Position numbers and translations under genes: made by a program. Below are positions 13,251 to 26,300 of a stretch of 64,000 nt of DNA, piece by piece. Within the stretch, counting starts at the first letter, position 1; each line of letters starts with the position of its first letter. Source of the DNA: Bugula neritina (taxonomy: Eukaryota; Animalia; Bryozoa); the NCBI GenBank assembly GCA_964035545.1, contig OZ037767.1, positions 25,684,628 through 25,748,627 of the forward strand, written 5' to 3'. The notes under the pieces are model-generated. The model was not told where the DNA came from. It did not search any database and saw nothing but the letters and a program-made list of their open reading frames with translations.

Positions 13251-16200
13251 CCTTGTAAAACCGTCTGTTAACTTATTGAAGATATATTTTATTTTTATAA
13301 TTCAAGTGAGTTTGTATTACCAAATATTTATACTGATATGATACTAGAGTTATAAATTTTTAAATGCAAATTAAATTTTATTTGTATTTAAAATAGTGAG
13401 TCACGTAGTGTTGTGTCAAGTTGCTAATAAAGATAATTTTCTTTATTGTCCTTTTTTATTCAATGAGTTCAAATGGCTACTAAATATTATGTAATAGAAA
13501 GCCAATTGCTTTATTTTGTTACTTGAACATAAGATCAAAGGGTTATAGTATGTTACCTTGCATATTATGTTCTGCATTACAATGCATGTTATGGTTATTT
13601 ATAGTTATCATAATTATAGGGAAATTGAAACCTTGTGTTGTAGCTTTTTTCATTTTTATTCATGGAATGATAAATATTTGTGCTAAGTTGCCCAATCTTG
13701 CCACATTACTATAAGAGTGCATTCAAGTAATAAAATCCATACCTATCACATAATATTTACTTGTTTAAAATGGTATGCTTTTATGTGAAACTGTTGCAGT
13801 ATGGTTTGGGATTACATAACATTATTAGATGTAATATATCTGAGAGTGTAACAGACCAATTGTACTATATAGCTTTCGTGGGTTTGGCGATGCCCTAACG
13901 TAGCAATTTCATGCTTTACTGCTGCTGCATTAAAACTTTGTTACAGAAACAAGTGATCCGTGTAGAATACAGAAAATAGTAATTTATATGTGCCATAAAT
14001 TTATAGATAGTAATGTAGACTGCCTCCATGCTATTAAGTATTAGAATTGCACTTTTATTGATAGTATCGTAGTTGGTTTTTTTGTTTCATATCCTTCATT
14101 ATTATACAATCTGTTAGATTAATCTTTATCAATAAGATTTTATATGGTAATAAAAATCCATTCAACTAAATGTATACACATATAACGTGAACGTATTATA
14201 TAAACGCATGTGTTCATACTTTAAAATTGCATCTAAAAACAATTTAAACCTTAAAACCTTTAATGCAGTTTCCTTCTCATTTGTTTTCCATCTCTCAATT
14301 CTTTCAGCAATCTCTTTTTGCAGTCTCTAAAAAAAACTCCCCCTCACTCTTTCTCAACAATATATCATAATACCATGTGAGCGGGTCTCTGTAATCATTG
14401 GTATAACTTGCTTTTATAGACAGTATGTGCAAACATTTCAGCTTTTGAAGAGTACAAATCTTAGAGAAACTTCGTACCATGGCTGAAATTTTTGTTTTAT
14501 GCATTGCATTCCAAACTCTCACACCTACTTAATTGTAATAATCTTAAGCTAAGCAAGGATTTACTCAATCCATCACAAAATCTAACAACCTTTCAGCTAA
14601 TGATATTTGCAATCAATATAGCAAAATACCAATGTAATTAGGATATAATTACATTATGTTCATTCTGAATTTTTGGAGTTACACCACTTTAAAATATACA
14701 TGCTAAGTTCATAATACTCTACAGTATACAGCAAAGGTGGGCAACCTTTTGAGCTATTTGAGAAATTGTGAATGCTGTAAAGTATCACAAAAGTAATTAG
14801 CTTACAATTATTAGTTTTTTAATAAGGACTGCATAATATATTTTTTATAATTTTGAAACTGCCAATAACTTGCAACTATGCAATTTTTAGCTCTACGTTG
14901 TGTGATGGTGAAGGAAATAACATGCCAAGAGCAAATTTGAACCAGGTTATAACATGTGATCAATTTAGCAACGTAGGTCCTGTTTTCAATTATTACAAAA
15001 CAATTACTCAAACAATCAAAATCAAGATTTTAATGCAGAAATAAACTCCTGCATGCCAGTCTGCTTATGAAAGAAAAAACTGTAATTTGAACTATTTGTA
15101 ACTCATTATATGTTAGATATTATCATATAACTATATATTATATAATATTATACAACTATATAAAATACTATATAACTATATATACTATTATATAACTATA
15201 TATAATAGTGCTACAATGAAATTGGAAGCAAATTGAGACAAATGAGTTAATCAATAAATATGCAATAAAAATGGATGCCTGTCAAGGTCACCGAACTTAT
15301 TTTATACCAGAGTCATCAAGCAACTACAGATAATCACTGTAACATTACAATAAAATGATATACAATATCAATAAAACAGATAAGACTAGCGGTTGCCAAC
15401 ATCTTAAAACTATGCATATAACCAGCAACAGCTGTTGTACTCATTCATTTACCCATGTGCACAAGGAAAAGCTGTTGTCTAACATCATTTAGACAGTTAT
15501 TCTGCTTCTATTCTTGTAAGCAAGTATATTCTATTATAAAGTTAATCTATATTAATTTGTTAAGTAATTTGATTTATTATTTCTCACTGGAGAGGTTTAA
15601 GGTGGGTGAACTAACTAGTAGTGATTAAATGCCTTCTCTTTAGGGATCCTAAGTAAGTAATTTATAATATAATATCTAAGCAACAATCAACTCCGCTCTA
15701 TAAGCCTTCTAATTTCATTCATTCGGACTAGAAGTTTAGTAACTGCAAAGTACAGTTCATTTGATCTCCTCTGTCACAGTTAATAGCCATACTTTCATTG
15801 GACTTAAAATTCCTGCCCATGGTTAGTATAACGTTACTTAATAAAAGAGTTATTATGTCAAATATATGCACTCTTGGAATATAAAGTTACACTGCAAAGC
15901 ATGCAGTTATAGAGGCATTTAGGTGCAGTAAATTTAGTAAGGAATTAGGTTTGGGGCGTGGCTAAAATTCCCATAAGATGGTTATAGCTTCTTTTGCTTC
16001 ATTTCTCATTTGGAACACTGGTTTTTCTAAATGTTTCTATTACTGCACATTAAAGCATGGCTACAATGAATTACTTGAACATCAGAATAGCTGCCGTGCT
16101 GTATTTTACTTGTTATCTTTTATGTTGTCATTCAGCTGACAAAATATTAAAGATATTGTGTATTAGATAATCTAACCTCTAGCTTAGTGTGTCACAGATC

Positions 16201-17268
16201 TTATAGATCTTGTCTGTGATAAGAAAGATTTCTGTAATTATTATCAAATCTAATATGAAATGCTGCCAATAAAGCACTTTAACTAAAGATTGTTGGGCAT
16301 GTAAAAGCAGCTTGCTACTCAAGAGCTTACTAATGTTTCTTATAAGTTATGGGATTATATAAGCATGGCCAAGCATTTTAAAATGTGTTATTCCATAATA
16401 TATAAGCGAGGAGTTCTAAAATACTCAAAACACAAATTTTATAATTTTATCAGTAAAAAATTGCAAAAAGTTTCATTAGTTTCAGTAGATAGAACCTGGG
16501 AGACATTTGGTAGATTAACGGCTGCTGAATTTTGTAAACAACAACAACTTGTTTGAATATGCTTTTGTTTGTGCCTTAGCTTGGTATGAAGACATGATTT
16601 TATTTTATTGTAAATTAAACACTTACTCACAGCTGAATGCCTGCTGTTATTCTGCCTGTGTAAAGACTCCTTCATAAGCTGCATTCTCAACCTTCTAAGC
16701 CTACATCTACCCCATGTCATTTAAATTACCACTAATTAGTATATTTGATTAATTGGCAGTTGTTGATATATTTTAATATATCAATATACTATTATTGAAT
16801 GATTTAGATTTGAAACTGCTGAGCTTTCATCAGTTTTCTTTTAGCTGTGAATTTATCGAGATTTTGAACCTCTTAGACAAAACTGCTGCAATCCCTACAA
16901 CTATAACCCAAACTTTATAACTCCTCCATCATATAACTTCAAAAGCTTTCAGTCTAAAATATCTCATATAGCTAATAAATTACATTAATTATGACTGCAA
17001 CAGCCACTTGCTAAAACATGTCCACAGACATGTTTCAGTCACTTGCTATAACATATTGGAGTTACTAGAGTCACCAGAGAGAACGATTACAATGATGAAT
17101 GTCATTTCAGTGAAAGTTTATTATAGTTGAGTAGCCTGTATTTCTTTAAGTCGCTATGAACACCTAAATACTGCTTATAGTCTTAGTTCCTTTAGATAGA
17201 ATTAGTGCAGCAAGTTTTAATGTGAAATTCAGTAGTTTGTTATGCTTAACTAAAGTCTAAGTCTCAAA

Positions 17269-17425
17269 GGTAGGTGCAGTAATATAGAAATTGAAAAAAG
17301 TTTGTGTTCTAGATTAGAAATGTAGCAAAAAAGTTATGTTCTCATAAGAATTTCAACCCGCATCGTAAACCAAAATTTATCAAGAAAACTAAAAAACTTA
17401 AGCTATCAAAATTTTTCCACTAAAG
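17269..17425 (+). repeat. Old dispersed repeat family, about 160 bp (copy 1)
   Basis: GGTAGGTGCAGT...GAAAAGCCTGTGTTCTAGATTAGAAATGTAGCA...GAATTTCAAC...AAACCAAAATTT. Related copies at 24300-24448 (reverse), 55141-55300, 56972-57085, 61835-61945, and a fragment at about 22126-22160. Confidence 0.8.
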
Positions 17426-19311
17426 GAAGTCTCAGTAGTTGACGGCAGATCTCTACTAATATGAAAGCTGTCACATGTTGGTAACAGCCCCAAGTTGTTT
17501 TACTTTTTTGCTAGAATTTCAAATCCTTTATTTTGTTTCATTTCTCTATTAGAATTATAATGTACTAATGGGTTATAGCTAATGATTAATAACTAAAGCT
17601 TACATTGTAGATAATCAATAACAAGTACTTCATAGTTATAAAATAATCAATAAATTATATTAGTGAGGCTGAGACAGCAGCTTCTGGCAGCAAAGTATAG
17701 GTAGATGTCATGAGTAGCTGCTGACCCATATGCAAGAGGTCAAAGTTGAGATGTGCTATGAGCAGCAATCCTTGCACAACATAATTTAATTTCTTGATCT
17801 AAACATTTTAAATTTTGCATGTACATCATTACCAAAAGTTTGATTTCATGCTTAGTTGTGAATATTTTCAGAGGCCTGAAGGTTGCAGTCACTTTATAGT
17901 ATTTTATATATAATTTCATCAAAGCTTCTTGTAAATAAAACTATGTTATAGTACATGATCGATTCTTTATTTCCTTTTAAATTCGGTTCTGCACAGAAAA
18001 ACTATGGGGAGTTGTCTGCTTTGGGCCATTTAGTTCCAGGTGACAGTTATTGACACATATTGCATTTAAGTTTTGACTCAGCATTTCAAACTTAGAGTTG
18101 CTTTGCTTTTTCTGCTAGACTTCAAGTCTTGCTTTAAATTGAAATTAAAATAATAGAATTATATGGTTTTATTTTAAGGCAGTGTTATAAGAAAGTAATT
18201 ATTATTTTAGGTAATCTCATGCTATTGATATAAAGTTGAGTAAACAAGTAAACAAGTTTCTTCAAAATATGTTTGAGTTTTTAAAGTTGTTTTTAAAGCA
18301 CTAAAATGATTTTATTTTATGCTGAGCTAAACTTCAAAAGACTTGCATCTCCAACTAAAAGCTGCTTGATAATTTATTCAAGAACATCCCTTCCTAATAA
18401 ACTACAATGTTCTTGGCTTATGTACATTATAGTAGCACAATATATTTTGATTGACTGAAGTTGAGTTTTGAATTGTGTTTGCTATAAACATAAACTAGTT
18501 GTACTGCTTCAAACTAGCTGACTATAGATGACTGTGAATTGTCTCAATCATTTTTTCTGGATGATTGCTTTAACAGTGTAGCTGCTACTTGATTGTATTT
18601 ATCTGATAAGCGTATAGCATGTTGAATTAGTTATTGTCTATGTCATCTGGTGTTATTGTATAACAGTGTTACGGTGTCAATCATTTTGTTGGTCGTTACT
18701 ATTGTTCACAGCTGGTGTTTATTATTGCGTAGTGATTGCTGGTTGTACTAAACTTGATTTACTGTTTGTTTCTAAATCTTAGGTATGCAAATGGTATCGA
18801 TTGGAACACTTGTTTTGATCTCTATTAATACTTCCTAATAATTAGTATTAGCTTGCTGTGAAAGAGTAGGAGTGATTACGTCTGCACTCGTCAATGCAGA
18901 TACAACAAGGTAAGTTATTATTATAATTATTATTATACTTATAGTAATAGAGTGGCAAGTTTAGTCAACAGGTGAAAGTATCTTCTACTGAGTGTATCTT
19001 ACAACTCACCAATTTATTATGTATCTAAACTTTTCATTTTTCTATACGCTGTAGAGATACTAAAAGTAGATGTATTTAAACCTTTCTATAGCATCTTTAG
19101 ACTATAAGTATAAACTAAAGAGCATAGACTATGGTCTCTGCTGATACTCTATAGTCATAGTCTATAGAGTATTGTCTAGAGTCTAGACTTTTAGTATATT
19201 GTTTATAGTCTATACTGGGTCTGGTTGATGCATATATGAATTACATTGGTGAATCTTTTGCCTAATGAAAATCTTGATATGCAAGTCTAGTTGTAGCTTT
19301 AGGGTATAATT

Positions 19312-19354
<43 letters not shown>
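19312..19354. repeat. (TCTG)n microsatellite
   Basis: About 10 perfect units. Confidence 0.95.
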
Positions 19355-19355
<1 letters not shown>

Positions 19356-21736
19356 ATAACTAATCAGTGTAGAAATTATGTAGCTCTTGTCATGGAGCCA
19401 CAAAATTCTCTTTAGTTGGCTAAAATGCAACTTTTCAGCTGCAGACAAAAATATGACATACATAAACAGTAACACGAGCAATTTAAGTTGCTTTTTAGAC
19501 ATGGTTGATAGGTATAATATGCCGGATAATAATATATAATAAAATATTTTGTGTTTCTAGACTACCGATATTAAAGAGTGCAGGGTTGCAGTTTCTTTTA
19601 CATAATAACCATAATCTTAGGGTATATTCATTGTATAAGAAGTTGTCAGCTTGCAAAGTAAAACAATCAAATTTTAAAACCAATTGTCAAACCAAAAAAG
19701 TATAAAACCACACTAAGCAAAAGTCTAAATCTTCACACTTGAATATAGCATTTCGTTTCTAGTTTCCTGTTGAAGCACAGGCTACACATGTGGAATATAC
19801 TCTTCATTCTGAAATAATGCTTGCAGATATGTTTCAATGTGCAACCAAAACCCTTGTGATAATAGCCAATTTTTTTTAAAAAAAGATGTGCTTTTTTATC
19901 AAGTTGTTTTTCGTGCAGTTTGCAACTTTTTGAGCAGTTGTGGGTATGTTAAAGGTTGCATACCCCTGGGTGTAAAATCATCTGATATGTTTTCAACTAG
20001 AAAAATCTGTGGGTAGACTTGCTGACCCTAAGTTATTACGGTGAACTTCAGCTTAAAATGTGACAACTTATTCTCTTCCCCCAGAGAGGTTCCTATTCAA
20101 TATTGTTTTTAGTTCCCAATAGCTATTACAATGGTTAATAAGATGGGAATAATCTATTATGTATGCTTTGTAAATACTTATATAAATAAAACTGTGTGGT
20201 GGATGTACTGAAACATAGCAGCTCATGCCAATTGTAACTCATAATTATAGCAGACGTCAAGTGCTTCAAATGGGTTTTTCATTCAATGCATGGAGGACAA
20301 TCGAGCGAAACCACAACATGGGAACTCACGGCTTCTCATTGATGTAATCCTTACCATGGATCCATGAATCCATTTGGTGCATTGAGCTGTAGTTTATAAT
20401 CAATTACTTCACTCCTATATAATGGAGCTGTAAGTTAACTGTAGAAAGACCAGTAATAGTTACTGACTACAGTCACTACTCTCAGCCACTACTGTCTATT
20501 CCACACTCGGATGGGTCGACTGGTGATAAAAAGATCTTATCAGCTAGCTTATTGTTATACAAATGTAACTCAAGGCCACTAGCAACCGTAGCAGTAGCTG
20601 TACTAACTTGTCTTACTACTAGTTTAACAGTTATTTCAAGTGTTAATTCATTACTTATAGTTGATAAATAAATAATATGACTCATTTATGATTAATTGAT
20701 TACATCCTTGGTGGCAATTTCTTTATAATTGATTAAAAACAACAAATATTCAAGATGGAGTTGGTGTGATAAAAATAAAGTTCTAGTTTTATGTCGTCTA
20801 GAAAACTGCTAAAACAATCATTTTTGTCAAGTTTGTAAGAAAAAGCAATTTCTATAATATCATTGATTGTATTCCAGTTTTCTCAAAGCTGCTATGTTAT
20901 AGCTGATGTAGCCATTAGACAACAAAGCTTAGTTTCAGTAGATATCGTAGCTAATTATTCGGTTTTTAGTTTTTAGCAAGAAGTAAGTGTTGGAACAAGT
21001 AAAATCTTCAGGAAGTTGGCAGGTTGTCACGTGATACATGTGTACTCAAACCCTGGGCAGCATGTGAATAATAATCATTTATCTTGTAAAGTATTACATA
21101 ACTTGATCTACTGAAGTATATTAAACTGACTCAAACATTTCAGGAAGGCAGCACGCAGCTATTGAACTCTCAAAATAGACAAGATGTCCCAACTGTTGCC
21201 ATCAGCTAGTAGTTGACCAATAAAATAGGAATTTATACTATTAGCTGAAGCTATGCATAGAATGAAGGAAACACTGTGCTTCTAATTTATTTGATTTAAT
21301 GCTTTGCAGATCGTGTGGTTAGAAAATGATTAGTGAAGCAATCTTTATAAAAATTACATCCCCCATTACTTTGATTTAACAAAAATTGTAACTCTTTTTC
21401 TATCGAGCGGCCATATTCAATAGCAGTGAATTGCTAACATTTAGTTGCGTTGCATGGAAAAAACTAAATAGTTCTTACAGCAAAATAATTACAGTGAGGT
21501 TGGTTTAGTTAATACTTGCGACATGCTTTTAATATCAAACCCAGATTATTTCTTGCTTTCATCTCCTAAACTATTTTCTGTGATTATTTCTGTTACCATT
21601 TCATGCTCTATGTGTTTCAAACTATGTTAAAGCTTCAAGTAAGCGCTAGGGAGACTGAAAACCTTGAGTGATGCTAATTCATGCTAAAGCATGATAGAGC
21701 ATATAATGAACACATTTAACAGAGCACCTGCAAGAA

Positions 21737-21868
21737 ATGTTCATAGACAAACAGAAAACACCATGTTACTGTTCATAGACAAATACATAACACAATGTTA
21801 CTGTTCATAGACAAATACATAACACCATATTACTGTTCATAGACAAATACACAACACGATGTTACTGC
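21737..21868. repeat. 32-bp tandem repeat, about 4 units
   Basis: Unit ATGTTACTGTTCATAGACAAATACATAACACA. Confidence 0.9.
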
Positions 21869-23307
21869 AAGGTCTACTACCCTGTCTACTATCTACTCCG
21901 ACTGACTACTGTTGGCTGTCTGTCTCATTACTGTTTCAGCTGTTATCTGTATTAGACAATCAATAGCCAATATTTATGTTTTATAAATACAAATTGATTT
22001 TTTGTTCTTACAATTGAAATAGTAGTAGCAGCAAATCTGAATGAATGCAACAGTTTGACTTGGCGTGTCCCCAACTTCATCTGTTTGTATTTCAGACAAA
22101 ATTACGGCATGTATGAATGTGTGTGCAGTACATTCAGAAAAGCCTGTGTTCTAAATAAGAGACATTGCAAACGAATTTACGTTTTCACAATTTTTAACCT
22201 TCACCCCAAGCCCCATTCTATAAGAGAGAATAAAGAATTTGAATTATTAAAATTTTTCTGCAGTCTGCATGTCTATAGCCTGCACTAGATAGTTTATAGA
22301 CTGAGAGCCAAGTTGAAACTGCAGTGCCCTTCTGAATATACCCCTCATCATTGTTACTTGGTTGACAATGCTGCACAAGGAGTGAAGGTCTATTTATGGC
22401 GGTTTAATGTTTGAATTTGATATGCAGCTGCTTTGATTACTTGGTGAACACTTCTTCTCTGCAACTGCTATATTATAAGTTTTGCTGCCAGGTTATTATT
22501 AGCATGCTATTACAATCATATGTAAGAAACTACTTATAATGTTTGGCTTGGTTGACTCAGAATTCATATCATATAATATATTAGCAAGGTTATATTAACC
22601 AACCTATAAATTATAAATCTAAAAACTCCAAATCAAATCAGATGAATAACTATATAATATTTAATAAAATATTTACACTAAGTAATAATATATATAGGCA
22701 TATGCATAATATAGTTTAAAAATTGCAATAAAGTTAAGACTTCAGTTATAAAATTTGGAACTCGACACTTTTTGTCAAATATTTTTTTTAATGAAATGCT
22801 TTTAGTTCTGAATTTAGTAGTCCAGCATTATGTTGAACATTAAACAGCTGTTTTGACTATAATTTATACCTATATCTTTGACAATATTATTGTACAGTGA
22901 ACAAGCTACTCAGCTAGCTAGTATAATAATATGTGTAATGATAGGCTTTGAACCTATTCACTATGTGGTGTAATTACATTGTAATATTATATGTTTAGGA
23001 ATCACTACTAGTTGTCTTTAGTGTTTCCTTGTTTGTGTTGAGATTTGGACTATCTGCTGTTCCCTAGCACTCACAGACACCATGTGAACTAATGAACCAT
23101 TAACTTGTGTAACAACTCTGTTAATGTGTAGTTTAAAGAGGGTTTCAATAAAATGCTAACTTAATGATATATAATATAACAATATGTGGGTAATGTAACT
23201 TGATCACTTATGCTAAATTTATCACACAGGTTCACAGTGATTCATGGGATGGTCAGCTTTATTGTGAGATGGGAGTTTTACCCTCTCTCAAATAATATGA
23301 CTGGAAT

Positions 23308-26300
23308 ATGAGTAGAAGACTTCACACTCTAACAGCATTTACTTGTTTGCTTCTGCTGTCTATGAAAAGCTCACTGGGTTTCAGTACTCACAGTAATGTA
23401 GCAGGTAAGTTAATTGTAGCAGGTAAATATATTGTAACAAGTAAGTGGACTGTAAGTATGCTGCACTTGGTGAGTTGAGGTCAAAGGTCATGATGTATAA
23501 CTGAGTAAGCTGTTGATAGAATTTCGTAATAATATATCATCTAGTGATACTCGTAGTTATTCTCTCTTGTTTTATAAGCGTGCCGGTTATGACGTGACTA
23601 GACAACAGTTATTGTAACTGAGCACATATACTGACTCAGCCACAAGTTTTGAGCATTCAAACTCGAAAACCCCCCTGAACATCTAATACATTGTAAATTG
23701 CTTTTTAAAAGCCCTTTAAAGTCAATTGAGTTTTATCCTTTATGACTCCCAAGCGCATTCTTGACATACAATTTTTAGCAGTGTGCATAAAATATGGCCA
23801 AACCTCACCTTACTTGAATTCAACTGACGAATCCTAATAAAAGGAAGCTTCACAGAGCTGTCTGAAGTCATGGTAATGGCTGTCAGAGCTCTGATATTTA
23901 ACTGATTTGTGTGGTGCATGGCCTTTAAGGAGTGTTAGAATGAGAATTTAATGATAAGGAAATGGTTTTACAGGTTATGCACCTTTCTCACGGCTGCTAG
24001 ATAAGGATGACATCATTGGCTTGCTGTGGACAGTGGACTTCCAGATATATACATCCAGGTGTTTCAGTGCTCTCGGACAATGCACCGGTATGTCGATTTG
24101 ATAAAGGTTGGATGCAGCCGTAGATTTATTTTTCAACAAAACCTGAGTTAGATAGTTGGGGCATAGAATGTTTTCTCCAGCGACATAAACTAGTTGCATT
24201 TCAAACTCAAAATTCAAAAGTTAGCTGAAAATAAAAGCTATGTTAACTTTAGCACCTTTACACATATTATGTGTACCGAAAGCATTTCCACGCATCAATG
24301 GAAAAATTTTATTAGCACAAGTTCTTAATTAATATTGATGAATTTTTGTTTGGGGTACGATTTGAAATTCTCATGAGAGCATAACTTGTTTTGCTGTTTT
24401 TATCTAAAAAGCAGGTTTTTCTTAATTTATTTTTTACTGCATCTACTGCAAAAGAGGTAGCCTTAGGTTTTATTACTTAATAGTTTCATAGGAATGTCAG
24501 CTAGATACCGGCTCATCAGTCTAAGAAAAGCATTGGTGGGTGCTGAAACCTTGAATATAAATTATATTTGATTTTGTATTATTGTAGGAGAAAGAGGCTT
24601 GTTCAACCACTCCGTGACTATTACAGGTTAGTAGGAATATAGTCCTGTAAGTATAATAGTAAGTATGTTAGGTGCACTCATAGTAGGGGTAAATAAAGTA
24701 GGTGTATGTATAGTAATAAGTATAATGAAGTATAGTAAGTGTAAGTATAGCAATGGCACATTTAATAGTAAGTATGTGTAATAGGTGCATATAAAGTAAA
24801 TGTTTGTATTGCATGTGTATGTATTGTAAATACAGGTTTAGTAAAAGGAAATGGCAGTAAAATTACAACAAACAAGGCTTAACTGTAGCTTCCTTGCTTT
24901 GCCATACACAAGTTCACTACTAGCTACTATCTTATTAACAATATTGAACTTTGAGTTAGTAAATCCACTTTCAAAACAAGTCTTAATAAGAAGTACTTTG
25001 GAAATATTTGTTTACGTGACCTTGTTCACCTCTCCTCACTGCCATTTGTTGTGAAAACTGTTGGAACTTGGTTTATAAAGATAAAAACACTTGTAATCAA
25101 GCAGCATTGATTTGCTATATCTCAAGATCAGCGTTTGTGTGCCAATCCTACCTTATCTACTCAATAGATATGGAAATATACTTTGAGAAGAAAGGCTTGT
25201 ACTTCTCCGATGCTATTGGACAGTTACACTGGTTGGATCTCTCTGTTGATTGGTCCACGGCTCTGCACTTACAATCTAATCTCTTTATAACGGAAGTCAG
25301 TGTTGATTGGTTATCCAATCAGCTATATGTGTTTACCAACAGATCGCAGGTAAACAAACATAAGTAAACTTGACCGCAGGTAATAGTGAACGGTATTAAA
25401 TTTATTGTATGGTAACATGTTACTTGACTTTTTATAACTATAGTTAATGGATATCTCAGAATTCATAGCATGATACAAACATGAAAAAATGCAAGCATGT
25501 TATTTTCTTTACTTTATCAAATACTATTTTTTATTTTTCTATTTGAATTAAATGAATATTAATTTGAAAGCTATAATATACGGTAACGTGGGAAAAACTG
25601 TAAAAATAGTTGAAAATATAGCAGAAACTAAATCGATATTTTCAAATACCTTTTCTTTCAAGCTAAGTTTTGGCGGATCAAGTGCACTTAAAAGTTCATT
25701 TCTTATTGTGCAATATAAATATTATATTATTATATTATATTATATTGTATATATAAGTCAAATAAATATAAAAAAATGATTTATTTACTAAAAGAAATAT
25801 GTCGATTTTTATATCAAGGTAAACTAGTGCAGTATATAATTTACATTTTAGTTACATAAATGTGATGCTACTCTAAGGAATTGTCTCCCCATACATTCTC
25901 TCCCCTTACCATATACTCCTCATTCTTTGGTGGCCGACCCCTACAATGGGTGAGTTGTAATAAATCTTACTTTTCAACATGGCAGATAGGTTGTGTGCAT
26001 CATTAAACATCTCTATGGATATTGAGTAAACCAGTAAGCCATGCTTCTATATATTATTGAACATATTTAATACAGTTTTAAAAGTGCGTTTCTATAGTAC
26101 TCTATATAAAACTTATACTTTTCACAGGTTTTTATACTGGCTGGATAGCAAGGGAGCAATGGTTAGACTTGACCTAGCCAAAAGTGATAGTAATGCAGAT
26201 GTAGTGATTCCTTCCAATGTCGTAACGTATTCAGTATCCTTCAGCTTCTATGACCTCTACTCGATATATAAGTACAATGAAACTCATTCTGAGATTACAC

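Noticed and set aside
19760-19990. Decayed hAT-like element ends (also about 14729 and 56780-56945)
   Set aside because: Similarity is too degraded to define boundaries or support a call by eye.
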